Numbered from the whole stretch's first letter, positions 1-10,011 are shown. The stretch: DNA of 61,842 nt, filler included, from 4 parts of 4 records of this genome joined end to end with filler, not necessarily neighbours in it, one strand, 5' to 3'. Made by a program: numbers and translations. Notes: generated by a model from the letters alone, not told the origin.

Positions 1-91
1 GGCGGAGAAGGAGGGATTTGAACCCTCGCGACAGTTACCCCGTCCTACTCCCTTAGCAGGGGAGCCCCTTCGGCCTCTTGGGTACTTCTCC
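1..91 (-). tRNA. tRNA-Ser(GCT), final A of CCA cut by the window edge
   Basis: The reverse complement reads GGAGAAG...CTTCTCC-G-CC (acceptor stem). The anticodon arm is CTCCC-CTGCTAA-GGGAG, with a long variable arm and T-loop GGTTCAAATCC. Confidence 0.95.
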
Positions 92-120
92 GAATATGCT
101 TTCATTAGAAACGCTTGTAT

Positions 121-149
121 ATTTTATCACTTTGAAAGTGCATTGTCAA
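121..149 (-). promoter_or_regulatory. sigma-A promoter of tRNA-Ser
   Basis: The minus strand reads TTGACA-N17-TAAAAT with a TGn extended -10, about 30 bp upstream of the tRNA. Confidence 0.75.
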
Positions 150-214
150 CAAAATCTTAAGTAAAAATGCATTCGTATTTGCTCAACAATTTATTTCTAG
201 AAAAATAGAAAAAA

Positions 215-3200
215 TTACTCAAATATTATACATTCATCTTTTATTCTTAGCAATAGATTAATAATATCATCAAGACTAATATTTTCTCCAAAATATTTTA
301 GCATTATGCCATCTTTATTTATTAGCTTAAGCTTATCCTGATACTCATTTGCCATATTAAAGAGTTTCAGTCCATCAATATTAGCTGTATTGCCAAATTT
401 TATCACAATCATATTTGTATTTTGCTTAATAAGTGTTATACCTGCAACCTGACAAAGATACTTTATCAATGAAATTTTTAATAGATTAATTACTGAATGG
501 TGTGGCTCACCAAATCTGTCAAGCAACTCGTCCAACACTTCAGAAATATCATCTTTACTTTGAATAAATGAAATTTTCTTGTAAGCATCAAGCCTATTTC
601 CTTGTTCAGTGATGTAATCATGAGGTATATTAGCTGAAACATTTAATGACAGCGTAACATCTGACTTTTGAGTTGCAGGGGCTTCGCCCTTAACGTCCTT
701 AATAGCATCTTCTATCATCCTGCAATACATACCATAGCCTACAGTAGCCATGTGACCATGCTGACGAGCTCCAAGCAAATCACCGGCTCCACGTATCTCT
801 AAATCTCTCATGGCAATCTTCAAGCCACTACCGAATTCAGTAAATTGAGCTATTGCAGCAAGTCTTTTTTCTGCAATTTCAGAAAGCACTTTACCCTCTC
901 TCCAAGTAAAGTATGCATAAGCCAGCCTGTTGCTTCGTCCTACTCTACCCCGAAGCTGATATAGTTGAGAAAGCCCAAATTTATCTGAATCGTACACAAT
1001 AAGGGTATTTGCTGATGGTATATCCAGCCCGCTTTCTATAATTGTAGTACAGACTAAAACATTGTACTCATCTCCCATAAAGCCCAGCATTGTGTCTTCT
1101 AATCTGTGTTCATTCATTTGTCCATGTGCAACAGCGACCTTTGACTCAGGTACCAGTGCACGTATTCGATTGGCTACTGAATCTATGCTGGCAACTCTGT
1201 TATATAGAAAATAAACCTTGCCTCCACGTTCAATTTCTTTGATTATTGCATTCCGTATCAAGCTGTCTTTGTATTCAATTACAAACGTTTGAACCGGATG
1301 CCTTTCCTCAGGAGGTGTATCAAGAATTGAAATATCTCTGATGCCGGACAGCGACATATGAAGAGTTCTAGGTATTGGCGTAGCTGTCAGGGTTAAAACA
1401 TCTACTTTGTTTTTCATCTGTTTAACTTTTTCCTTGTGACTTACGCCAAATCTTTGTTCCTCATCAACTACAAGCAATCCTAAATCCTTGAAATCAATAT
1501 CATTGCTTAGAAGCCTGTGGGTACCGACTACAACATCAATTTTCCCTTTTGTAATATCACTTACAACTCTTTCCTGTTCTTTTTGAGAAAGGAATCTGGA
1601 CAATTCCCCGCACTCGACAGGGAAATTAACAAATCTTTTTTTCATAGTCAGATAATGCTGATGTGCAAGGATTGTCGTAGGGCACAAAATAGCAGCCTGC
1701 TTACCGCTCATAACAGCCTTAAAAACCATACGTAAAGCTACTTCAGTCTTACCATAGCCAACATCACCGCATAGTAATCTATCCATGATTTTACTGCTTT
1801 GCATATCCTCTTTTATTTCACTGATACTTGTAAGCTGATCTGCAGTCTCTTCATAAGGGAACTGTTCTTCAAATTGCTTCTGTATAGAATCATCTGCTGC
1901 AAAGGAAAAACCTTTTGTATTTTCTCTAGAAGCATACAGCGCAACTAATTCTTCTGCTAATTCCTCTACAGTCGCTTTTACTTTTGCCTTAGCTTTCTGC
2001 CATTGTTTTCCACCAAGTCTGTTGATACGTGGCTTAGCTCCATCCTTACCAACATACTTCTCTACCCTATCCATCTGCTCAACCGGAACATACAGTACAT
2101 TATCTTCTAAATATACCAGCTTGATATAGTCTCTGGTGCATTCATTAGCTTCAAGGGATACAACCCCCTTGTATACTGCTATTCCATGAATTTCATGGAC
2201 AGCATAATCCCCAACATCAAGATCATTGAATACATCAATTTTCTTTTTTCTTTTGGGTGGTGTTTTTGCTTTGTATTTATTTACACCATAGAGTTCGTAT
2301 TCTGTAATAACAACCAATCTGCTCTTAGTACACTCAAACCCCTTTGAATAATACTGATTAATAATGGCTGCTTCTTTATCATTTAGTTGTCGATCATTAC
2401 TAATAACTGGCAGATATATCTCAAAGTCTGATAGTGTCTCTTCTAGTCTTCTGCTCCTCTTGGCACTGCCTGCCATAATAATTACATTGTACCCTTGTTT
2501 TTTCCATTTCTGCAAATCATTTTTCAGCATTCCAAACTTGCCCTTGTACATAGGAGTTTCTAAGCTATCAAATGTAATAACTTTATTAATCGCAATTTTA
2601 TCAAGGGTCTGGAGCTTGTTTAGTGTTACTAGTTTATTATCCTTAACAAGGTATAATATGTTATCAAAATCAAGTAATAAATCTTTTTGGAAGTGTAGAG
2701 CCATATCGCTCTCAATTGCATCTAAATACATTGTAGAAAATTCAGAAATTAGACTTTCACAGCGACTGTTTATCCTGATTGGATCATCTAATAATATTAT
2801 TGTATTATTCATGTAATCAAAAACATTTGAATATTTTGGATAAAATGCATCAAAGAATGTTTCGATATTTTCAAATGTTCCGTAATTGTCTAAATCATCG
2901 CAAAGTCTGTCTATATACTTAACTAGATCTGGTGAGTTTTTGAATTCACCTTTATCATTCTTCTTTGTTTGCTTTCTAGCAAACTCCTTTAATCTGTTTT
3001 TCCCTCTTTTTTGAGCTTGCTGAGTCAAAGGTATTTCTATAGCTGGTACAATTTTTATACAGTTAATGCTATCAATTGACCGCTGACTAACTGGGTCAAA
3101 GGTGCGAATAGAGTCAATTTCATCTCCAAAAAATTCAATTCTTACGGCTGTTTCATCTATTACATTAAATACATCAAGTATACCGCCTCGGACAGTAAAC

Positions 3201-3721
3201 TGTCCCTTACTCTCTACCCTGTCGCATCTTGCATAACCCATATTGGAAAGCTGCAAACTAATATCAGATATGTCATAATCATTACCAATTTTAAAATTGA
3301 TGGTACATTCATCAAAAACTGCCTTGGTAACAACCTTTGACATAATGGATTCAATTGTTGCAATTACAATGTTTTGACTACCCTGGTCAAGACTAGTGAT
3401 AACTGAAATTCTTTGATGTTCATCTTCATGACTCAGTGCTTTTATATTACCTAGTCTGGTAGGTCTATGCGGGAATAGCATATATTTATTATTTTCATCA
3501 ATAGCTGATAATTCTCTATGCAGTTCACTTGCTTTGATATAATCTGATACAATAATTAGGATATCATTATTAAAACTATCCACAAGAGTTGAGTACAGCA
3601 TAGGCTTTTGTGTATCAACAATGCCAAATACTCCTAATGTCTTATCGTTTTCTCTGATATCCTCGGTTAATGTCTGCAAAATGCCCGATTTGTAAAATGA
3701 CTGCAATACTTTTTTGTGCAT
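215..3721 (-). CDS. mfd: Transcription-repair coupling factor
   Basis: 1168 aa. UvrB-like region ([21 protein letters not shown]), CarD/RID (VHEIHGIAVY), SF2 motifs GDVGYGKT and DEEQRFG, QLRGRVGRS, C-terminal TRCF domain. Confidence 0.97.
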   Translation of the reverse strand: MHKKVLQSFYKSGILQTLTEDIRENDKTLGVFGIVDTQKPMLYSTLVDSFNNDILIIVSDYIKASELHRELSAIDENNKYMLFPHRPTRLGNIKALSHEDEHQRISVITSLDQGSQNIVIATIESIMSKVVTKAVFDECTINFKIGNDYDISDISLQLSNMGYARCDRVESKGQFTVRGGILDVFNVIDETAVRIEFFGDEIDSIRTFDPVSQRSIDSINCIKIVPAIEIPLTQQAQKRGKNRLKEFARKQTKKNDKGEFKNSPDLVKYIDRLCDDLDNYGTFENIETFFDAFYPKYSNVFDYMNNTIILLDDPIRINSRCESLISEFSTMYLDAIESDMALHFQKDLLLDFDNILYLVKDNKLVTLNKLQTLDKIAINKVITFDSLETPMYKGKFGMLKNDLQKWKKQGYNVIIMAGSAKRSRRLEETLSDFEIYLPVISNDRQLNDKEAAIINQYYSKGFECTKSRLVVITEYELYGVNKYKAKTPPKRKKKIDVFNDLDVGDYAVHEIHGIAVYKGVVSLEANECTRDYIKLVYLEDNVLYVPVEQMDRVEKYVGKDGAKPRINRLGGKQWQKAKAKVKATVEELAEELVALYASRENTKGFSFAADDSIQKQFEEQFPYEETADQLTSISEIKEDMQSSKIMDRLLCGDVGYGKTEVALRMVFKAVMSGKQAAILCPTTILAHQHYLTMKKRFVNFPVECGELSRFLSQKEQERVVSDITKGKIDVVVGTHRLLSNDIDFKDLGLLVVDEEQRFGVSHKEKVKQMKNKVDVLTLTATPIPRTLHMSLSGIRDISILDTPPEERHPVQTFVIEYKDSLIRNAIIKEIERGGKVYFLYNRVASIDSVANRIRALVPESKVAVAHGQMNEHRLEDTMLGFMGDEYNVLVCTTIIESGLDIPSANTLIVYDSDKFGLSQLYQLRGRVGRSNRLAYAYFTWREGKVLSEIAEKRLAAIAQFTEFGSGLKIAMRDLEIRGAGDLLGARQHGHMATVGYGMYCRMIEDAIKDVKGEAPATQKSDVTLSLNVSANIPHDYITEQGNRLDAYKKISFIQSKDDISEVLDELLDRFGEPHHSVINLLKISLIKYLCQVAGITLIKQNTNMIVIKFGNTANIDGLKLFNMANEYQDKLKLINKDGIMLKYFGENISLDDIINLLLRIKDECIIFE

Positions 3722-3724
3722 TTT

Positions 3725-4303
3725 CTATCCCTTATTATATTCCTGCATAGCAGTTTCTATTTCACTGTCAATAGCTAATAGTATTGCACTTGCCGCTCTA
3801 TCAATAGATGTGTCTAATAATTCTTTTTCACTTTTGCTGGGAACACCTATTACCCAGTCAATTATGTCAATACTATTTTTCGGTTTTCCAATTCCTATAC
3901 GTACCCTTGGAAAATCATAGGATTTGATATAAGAGATTATGGATCTCATACCATTATGAGTTCCTCCGCTCCCCTTTTTTCTTATTCTAATTCTGCCTAC
4001 ATCAATATCCAAGTCATCATACACAATAATAATATTTTCAAGTTTAACATTGTAAATTGAAGATAATCTTTTTACAGCAAAACCAGAGTTATTCATATAT
4101 GTTTGAGGCTTTGCTAAAATCAAATGTTTATCATTTAAATCTGTTCTGTACACTATGCTTTTTGCTCTGTTTCTATACTTTTTAATATCAAGTGTTTTAA
4201 TAAGATTGTCTATTGTCAAAAAACCAACATTATGTCTGGTCTTTTCATATTCTTTCCCTGGATTTCCCAATCCTATAATGAGATATCTTTTTGCTTTTTT
4301 CAT
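3725..4303 (-). CDS. pth: Peptidyl-tRNA hydrolase
   Basis: Motifs GLGNPG, TRHNVGF, KPQTYMN and HNGMRSI; conserved pth-mfd adjacency. Confidence 0.97.
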   Translation of the reverse strand: MKKAKRYLIIGLGNPGKEYEKTRHNVGFLTIDNLIKTLDIKKYRNRAKSIVYRTDLNDKHLILAKPQTYMNNSGFAVKRLSSIYNVKLENIIIVYDDLDIDVGRIRIRKKGSGGTHNGMRSIISYIKSYDFPRVRIGIGKPKNSIDIIDWVIGVPSKSEKELLDTSIDRAASAILLAIDSEIETAMQEYNKG

Positions 4304-4310
4304 AATAATT

Positions 4311-4339
4311 ATTATATTCTCTATTATAAAAAATTACAA
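4311..4339 (-). promoter_or_regulatory. sigma-A promoter of pth-mfd (probably leaderless)
   Basis: The minus strand reads TTGTAA-N17-TATAAT-N7-ATG, with no Shine-Dalgarno sequence. Confidence 0.55.
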
Positions 4340-4429
4340 TGATGGATTTTGTAACATTTAACCTTTTGTACTAAATTATTATTTTTAGTAATTTATTAGC
4401 TCTTTAATGTTCTTTTAATACATAAATGT

Positions 4430-4458
4430 TTGACAAAGCAATATGCAGATGCTACTAT
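4430..4458 (+). promoter_or_regulatory. sigma-A promoter of riboswitch/btu operon
   Basis: TTGACA-N17-TACTAT with a TGn extension, just upstream of the riboswitch. Confidence 0.7.
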
Positions 4459-4464
4459 TACAAA

Positions 4465-4626
4465 AACCAAAACATTTGCTGGTGCCGAAAGGATAATAGG
4501 GAAAACGGTTAAAGTCCGTTGCAGCCTCCGCTACCGTAAGGATGATTTTTGTTACGAAATACCACTGATTATTTCGGGAAGGTGTAGCAAAGAGTTGATT
4601 CCAAGCCGGGAAACCTGCCATCAAAT
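4465..4626 (+). promoter_or_regulatory. Cobalamin (B12) riboswitch
   Basis: Conserved elements GGTGC..., AGGGAA-nnGGTnnAAnTCC, GCAGCC-nn-CGCTACCGTAA, CCACTG...GGGAAGG and B12-box AGCCGGGAAACCTGCC. It lies upstream of a BtuF-like binding protein. Boundaries are approximate. Confidence 0.9.
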
Positions 4627-4682
4627 AATTAATCTTATTACTTCGGATGGGAGTTATGGAAGGTGAAATTATTGTATTCACT

Positions 4683-4712
4683 TGCCTTAACAAAATTGTT
4701 AGGGCATTTTTC
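4683..4712 (+). terminator. Intrinsic terminator (riboswitch expression platform)
   Basis: Hairpin TGCCTTAACAA-AA-TTGTTAGGGCA followed by a T-tract, between the aptamer and the btuF RBS. Confidence 0.7.
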
Positions 4713-4748
4713 ATGATTGCCGCTGAACAAATGATAAAGGAGGATTTC

Positions 4749-5588
4749 ATGAAAAAGATTAAACTACTACTTGTACTTGTGCTCTCTTTAGCACTAGTAT
4801 TTACAGGCTGTTCAAAAACAGCGGGACAAGAAGCAGAGCAAAAAATTGTATCTACTGTACCAAGCATAACAGAGATACTTTTTGAACTTGGTGCTGGTGA
4901 AAATGTTGTAGGTGTAGATTCATATTCCAACTACCCTGCTGAAACTGCTGATATTGAAATAGTTGGCGACTATAGCGGCTTTGACGTTGAAAAGGTAATT
5001 TCATTAGAATCAACAATTGTATTTGCTAGCAGTTCAATGCAGGAAGAACAAATTGAACAGCTTAAAGAAGCAGACATTAATGTTCTGTCTTTGTCACCTA
5101 CTTATTATGCTGATATAGCAAATTCAATTACAGCAATCGGTGAAGCATTAGGAAAAGAATCAGAAGCCGAGGAACTTGTAACCAAATTAGACACTGAAAT
5201 GCAGAAGATAAAGGACGCAGGTGCTGCACTTGACACTAATCCTACGATTTATTATGTCATGGGTATTGGTGAATACGGCAACTGGACGTCAGGTGAAGGA
5301 AGTTTCATTAACTCAGTAATGGAGTTTGCAGGTGGTGACTGTATTACAAAGGACAGTGGCATGGAATGGATGGAATATCCGCTAGAGGACTTATTAACAG
5401 CAGATCCAGACGTTCTTGTTGTTTCTGAATATGTAAGCATAGATGAACTATTAGCTGACCCTATTTACAGTGAGATGTCCGCTGTTATAAATGATAATAT
5501 TATTGTTATTAATCCCGATATTATTGAAAGACCAGGTCCTAGAATTACAGAGGCAGCACAATTAATCTACGAAGGTTTAGCGCAATAA
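4749..5588 (+). CDS. btuF: Cobalamin ABC transporter substrate-binding lipoprotein (BtuF-like)
   Basis: Start moved to ATG 4749 after AAGGAGG. Lipobox VFTGC; motifs IVSTVPSITEILFELGAG..VVGVD and RPGPRI; downstream of a B12 riboswitch. Confidence 0.85.
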   Translation: MKKIKLLLVLVLSLALVFTGCSKTAGQEAEQKIVSTVPSITEILFELGAGENVVGVDSYSNYPAETADIEIVGDYSGFDVEKVISLESTIVFASSSMQEEQIEQLKEADINVLSLSPTYYADIANSITAIGEALGKESEAEELVTKLDTEMQKIKDAGAALDTNPTIYYVMGIGEYGNWTSGEGSFINSVMEFAGGDCITKDSGMEWMEYPLEDLLTADPDVLVVSEYVSIDELLADPIYSEMSAVINDNIIVINPDIIERPGPRITEAAQLIYEGLAQ

Positions 5589-5589
5589 A

Positions 5590-6591
5590 ATGAAGAAGAA
5601 TGATATCGGTAAAATACTACTGCTATTAATAATATTAAGTATCGTTGTATTTGTCATATCATTTTTGCTTGGCAGCTCTGGCGTTAGTCTAAGTGAACTA
5701 ATCGATATAATTTTAAATAATGGTAACCATTATGATAAGATTATATTTTTTAAACTTAGACTGCCCAGAGCTATTTTGGCATATATAGTTGGCGCAGCAC
5801 TAAGTGTGTGTGGTGCATGCCTACAGGGCATTTTCAAAAATCCAATGGCCGATTCATATTTGCTTGGAGTTAGCTCTGGCGCATCTTTAGGAGCTACTAT
5901 TGCTTTTTTTCTAGGTCTGAATACTATTGCATTTGGCATTAGCTATGTGAGCATTTTTGCATTTATATTTGCAGTGCTTGCTATGATTACTGTGTATAAT
6001 TTAGCAAGAGTCAGTAAAAAAGTTTCTACCTTTACTCTGTTATTATCAGGCATTGCGATTAATTCCCTTTGCTCAGCTATTGTTCACGGTATAATGATAA
6101 TTGCAAGAGACAAGATGGAGCATATTGTAATGTGGAATATGGGCTCATTTACTTCAGCTTCGTGGCCAAAAGTATATATAGCTTCATTTGTTTGTATAAT
6201 AGCATGTGTTTTTACACTAATGTATTCCAGAGATATGAATATTATGCTTCAAGGTGATGAGGCAGCAAGACACCTAGGTGTTAACACACAAAAAACCAGA
6301 TTTATATTAATTATTATCACCTCCATTGCAACAGCTACAGCAGTAAGTGTCAGCGGTGTTATTGGTTTTGTAGGATTGGTAATTCCACATATGATTAGAC
6401 GCCTAATCGGACCTGAACATAAAAGATTGATAATCACTTCTTTTTTTGCCGGCGGTATATTTTTGCTCCTATGCGATACGATTGCTAGAAATATTCTACA
6501 TAATCAGGAGCTTCCAGTTGGTATAATAACAGCATTTGTTGGCGTTCCTTTCTTCTTGTACATTCTAAGGAAAGGTCGTAAAATAATATGA
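5590..6591 (+). CDS. btuC: Cobalamin/iron-chelate ABC permease (FecCD/BtuC family)
   Basis: Motifs LRLPR, FKNPMADSYLLGVSSGA, GDEAARHLG, IGFVGLVIPH and LPVGIITA. Confidence 0.88.
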   Translation: MKKNDIGKILLLLIILSIVVFVISFLLGSSGVSLSELIDIILNNGNHYDKIIFFKLRLPRAILAYIVGAALSVCGACLQGIFKNPMADSYLLGVSSGASLGATIAFFLGLNTIAFGISYVSIFAFIFAVLAMITVYNLARVSKKVSTFTLLLSGIAINSLCSAIVHGIMIIARDKMEHIVMWNMGSFTSASWPKVYIASFVCIIACVFTLMYSRDMNIMLQGDEAARHLGVNTQKTRFILIIITSIATATAVSVSGVIGFVGLVIPHMIRRLIGPEHKRLIITSFFAGGIFLLLCDTIARNILHNQELPVGIITAFVGVPFFLYILRKGRKII

Positions 6592-7367
6592 CAAATATTA
6601 AAGCTCACAATATTTCCTTTCAATATTCAGATAATGGATTTTCCCTGCATGATATTGAATTTGATATTGATAGAGGTGAAATTTTCGGCATAATTGGTCC
6701 AAATGGTTCAGGAAAATCCACTTTATTAAAATGCATTTCGGGTCAGTTTAAACCAACAAAGGGATATGTTGAAGTTGAAAACACAAACGTACTGGATTTA
6801 TCTGCAGTTGAATTATCCAAGAAAATGAGTCTAATACAACAGCATTCCGTTATTGGTTACAATTTTACTGTTTTGGAAATTGTTTTAATGGGAAGAAATC
6901 CATATTTATCTAGATTTGAATCTTACAGGGAAATGGATTATCAAACAGCCGAGGAATCATTAAAAAGGGTTGAAATATTTCATCTGAAAGATAGAGATGT
7001 AACTACTTTATCGGGCGGTGAGTGGCAGAGAATGGTAATTGCTAGAGCTTTATGTCAGCAAGCACTAATTATGCTCTTGGATGAGCCGGTTGCAGGTCTT
7101 GATATTAAGCATCAGGTTCAATTAATGAAAATTGTAAAGCAATTATCTATTGAAGAAAACCTTACAGTTGTTTGTGTTCTCCATAATTTGAATCTCGCAT
7201 ATCACTACTGTGATAAAATAATAATATTAAAACAAGGTTCAGTTATGAATATCGGTACTCCGAAGGATGTAATGACAAAAGGAATAATTGAATCTGTTTA
7301 CGAATCAAAAATCAATTTAATAAAGCATAATAAAAAAGAATATCTGCTTCCTGAATATGAGTATTAG
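6588..7367 (+). CDS. btuD: Cobalamin/iron-chelate ABC transporter ATPase
   Basis: Walker A GPNGSGKST, signature LSGGEWQR, Walker B LLDEP; start overlaps the permease stop. Confidence 0.85.
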   Translation: MTNIKAHNISFQYSDNGFSLHDIEFDIDRGEIFGIIGPNGSGKSTLLKCISGQFKPTKGYVEVENTNVLDLSAVELSKKMSLIQQHSVIGYNFTVLEIVLMGRNPYLSRFESYREMDYQTAEESLKRVEIFHLKDRDVTTLSGGEWQRMVIARALCQQALIMLLDEPVAGLDIKHQVQLMKIVKQLSIEENLTVVCVLHNLNLAYHYCDKIIILKQGSVMNIGTPKDVMTKGIIESVYESKINLIKHNKKEYLLPEYEY

Positions 7368-8965
7368 CTGTTTGTCAGCAAAAGGTACATATATAATGCT
7401 GCACTAAAGATTGGTATACATAATGCAATTGCATTGAATCCCAAATCAACTTTCCTCAATTTTTCAAATATCTTCAATTGATAAAAATTCAATTTATTAA
7501 GTATAAAAGCTAATAAAACCCCACCGAAAAAAAACAAAGATTTAAGCATGTACTTGCCAGCATTAACTTTAATTTCACTTCCAAATATATATGAATATAT
7601 ATCCCTGCTGAAAACTGATATTAATACAAAAAGTATAAGCAGTGCACCTAGCACTCCTCTCCTATTATTGGTTACGAAATTTTCTTCATCCAGTTTACAT
7701 TTACCGAATAAAATCGTACCAATTTTAAACATAATAACTATAGTTCCAATATTTATTAGATTCATAATGATATTAAGGGGCATATTTTTTACGTCATAAA
7801 GTAGTATATATTTTGAAAACGAACCACTGGAAAACGGAAATCCTGAAATACCAAACATAGAAAATAACATTAGGATTGAAACTAATGGTAATTTTTTGAA
7901 TACACCGCTGATATTGTCTATACGTCGCGTTTTATAAGTTTCTATAATTATTCCGGCACACATAAAGAATGTAGCTTTGTACACTGCGTGATTGATAATG
8001 TGTAATACACTGCCGTTGACTGATAAATCCGACCCAAGGTTCAGACCTATCATTATCAGTCCAAGCTGAGAAACTGTTGAATAGGACAATATCAGTTTCA
8101 AATCTATTTGTGATAGAGCAAGCATTATACCAACTATTGCAGTAATCACGCCACTTATTAAGAAGAAATCACTAACATTAATAGTATTAAACGAAGTAGT
8201 CAGTCTAAAGAAAAGATAAACTCCACCTTTTACATAAAGCCCTGATAATACAGCACTTACCACAGAAGGCGAGCTGGGGGTACCATGTGCTCTAGGGAGC
8301 CATGAGAATAATGGCATTAGTGCTGCTTTCAGCGAAACTGCAGTAATGATAAGTGAGAACGGAAGAAACAATGCTTTTGTATTTGATATCTCGCTGATGT
8401 TTTCCTTAATCAAATTTATAGAGAATGTACCGAATATCTTGTAGAGCATAACAATACCAAACAAGTAAAAAGTCATTGAAAATATATTTATTAGAAGATA
8501 AATAATTCCGTCATACATTGACCTAGAGTCATGTTTATGCATAATAAGAAGCGCAACAACCATTGTAGATACTTCAACAAATACAAAAATCGAAAATAAA
8601 TCATCCAGCAAAAATATTCCGATTAACATTCCCTGCAATATCAAAAACAGCATATAGAACATCCTGTTAGTATAATGACGTGTAGAATTGAAGATTACAA
8701 AAAATGTATAAAGCAATGCTGTGAGTGTCACAAAAGCAATTGATATTGTATCAATCCGAAGAGCAATTCCTACAGGAGGCAGCCATTGACCTATATTGAA
8801 AATATATGGAGAAAATCTAACACTGTATATTGCATAAATACACATACTTAGCATTATAGTTTGCGAAACAAGACTTATAAAAAGACTGTATTTTTTATTA
8901 ATTAAATATATTATTATGCCAGTAAAAATCGGAAGTAGTATTAATGAAAATGAAATATAGCCCAT
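7364..8965 (-). CDS. Mrp/Mnh antiporter subunit D (MbhH/NuoN-like)
   Basis: Highly hydrophobic, 533 aa. Motifs W.PP.GI.L.ID, DLFSIFVFVEV, KAALMPLFSWLPRAH, LSYSTVSQLG and HIINHAVYKATFF. Confidence 0.88.
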   Translation of the reverse strand: MGYISFSLILLPIFTGIIIYLINKKYSLFISLVSQTIMLSMCIYAIYSVRFSPYIFNIGQWLPPVGIALRIDTISIAFVTLTALLYTFFVIFNSTRHYTNRMFYMLFLILQGMLIGIFLLDDLFSIFVFVEVSTMVVALLIMHKHDSRSMYDGIIYLLINIFSMTFYLFGIVMLYKIFGTFSINLIKENISEISNTKALFLPFSLIITAVSLKAALMPLFSWLPRAHGTPSSPSVVSAVLSGLYVKGGVYLFFRLTTSFNTINVSDFFLISGVITAIVGIMLALSQIDLKLILSYSTVSQLGLIMIGLNLGSDLSVNGSVLHIINHAVYKATFFMCAGIIIETYKTRRIDNISGVFKKLPLVSILMLFSMFGISGFPFSSGSFSKYILLYDVKNMPLNIIMNLINIGTIVIMFKIGTILFGKCKLDEENFVTNNRRGVLGALLILFVLISVFSRDIYSYIFGSEIKVNAGKYMLKSLFFFGGVLLAFILNKLNFYQLKIFEKLRKVDLGFNAIALCIPIFSAALYMYLLLTNS

Positions 8966-9318
8966 TATTGCTCCCTCATCCTCTTTGCTTTTTCCCAGTT
9001 TGTAGTACCGTATTTATGATATAAATTGATAAACATAGTCAACGATACAGCAGTAATTCCAACTCCTATTACAATTGCAGTTATCATTAGTGCCTGCGGC
9101 ACAGGATCTGCAATATTTGATATCTGCGTAGTATCTAATAGTATTGGTGCTTTTGAAAACTCTGTATTTGATGAAAGAGAATACAAAATGATAGCTGTTT
9201 CCATTACTCCTATGCAAATCACAGTTTTTACGATATTTCGTCTGGCCACAACGCCATATACACCAATAAAAAATATAACAATACCAGCTACTTCACCTAT
9301 TGAAATATTGTCAAACAT
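8965..9318 (-). CDS. Mrp/Mnh antiporter subunit C (MbhG/NuoK-like)
   Basis: Signature DPVPQALMITAIVIG; 3 TM segments. Confidence 0.92.
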   Translation of the reverse strand: MFDNISIGEVAGIVIFFIGVYGVVARRNIVKTVICIGVMETAIILYSLSSNTEFSKAPILLDTTQISNIADPVPQALMITAIVIGVGITAVSLTMFINLYHKYGTTNWEKAKRMREQ

Positions 9319-9321
9319 AAA

Positions 9322-9705
9322 TTACCTACCCTCAAAGAAGATATATCTGAAAAAGATAATGCTTAAACCGCAACAAACTTTAACCGCAATTATACAGTTA
9401 AGAAGCAGCATCCATATCTCACCCCAGCCATTACTCATGCTCATACTTCTTCCAACCATTAAAAAAGCAAGAGCGATAAATGCTGTCATGAACATCTTTT
9501 CAATAATACTTAATATTTTTATTCTGATTTGCCTCTCAGGATGAATTAAATAACGCAATATAAATACAGCTGACAGAACAGCACCGCCCTGAAAACCGCC
9601 GCCTACGCTGTCTGCACCTGTTACAACAACATATATTCCAAATATCATAACAAAGGGTAATAGAAATTTGGAAATATTAGTTATTATTGTTGAATTGTTA
9701 TACAT
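9322..9705 (-). CDS. Mrp/Mnh antiporter subunit B domain (MbhF-like)
   Basis: Motif G..S.GGGFQGGAV. Start placed at ATG 9705 by RBS; the ORF track start is 9723. Confidence 0.85.
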   Translation of the reverse strand: MYNNSTIITNISKFLLPFVMIFGIYVVVTGADSVGGGFQGGAVLSAVFILRYLIHPERQIRIKILSIIEKMFMTAFIALAFLMVGRSMSMSNGWGEIWMLLLNCIIAVKVCCGLSIIFFRYIFFEGR

Positions 9706-9726
9706 TAATTGTAATCCTTTCAAACA

Positions 9727-10011
9727 CTATTCTTTGTCAGCTTTACTCCAAGAAAAAGATATAACAGCTACAGCTGAAAGTAGCAAAACCAATGCTTCAA
9801 ACAATGTGTCCCAAAGCCTGTAATTCAAATATATAGAAGTTACAGCATTTACTGCACCTGTTTCTTTTATATGGTTTGCAAGTATTACCTTTTTTGCATA
9901 ATCAGAACCTAAAAGCTGTTCATTACTAGTATAGAAATAACCAGTTAAGCTGATAACACACATTGCTATACATAGCACACTTATTAATGTTCGTCTTCTC
10001 TTATCCTTCAT
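9727..10011 (-). CDS. Mrp subunit B N-terminal-like protein (MbhE-like)
   Basis: Motif TGAVNAVTSIYLNYRLWDTLFE, matching the N.V..I..D/NYR..DT..E pattern of MrpA/B and MbhE. Confidence 0.85.
   Translation of the reverse strand: MKDKRRRTLISVLCIAMCVISLTGYFYTSNEQLLGSDYAKKVILANHIKETGAVNAVTSIYLNYRLWDTLFEALVLLLSAVAVISFSWSKADKE

Noticed and set aside
4415..4930. ORFs 4415-4930(-), 4430-4666(+) and the 34-codon N-terminal extension of btuF
   Set aside because: They overlap the riboswitch/promoter or lie antisense to btuF. The real start with an RBS is 4749.
9026..9544. 172-aa plus-strand ORF and similar antisense ORFs (e.g. 2364-2816, 12636-13010, 36223-36642, 38029-38481, 57666-58073)
   Set aside because: Shadow frames opposite well-conserved genes, with no recognisable motifs.
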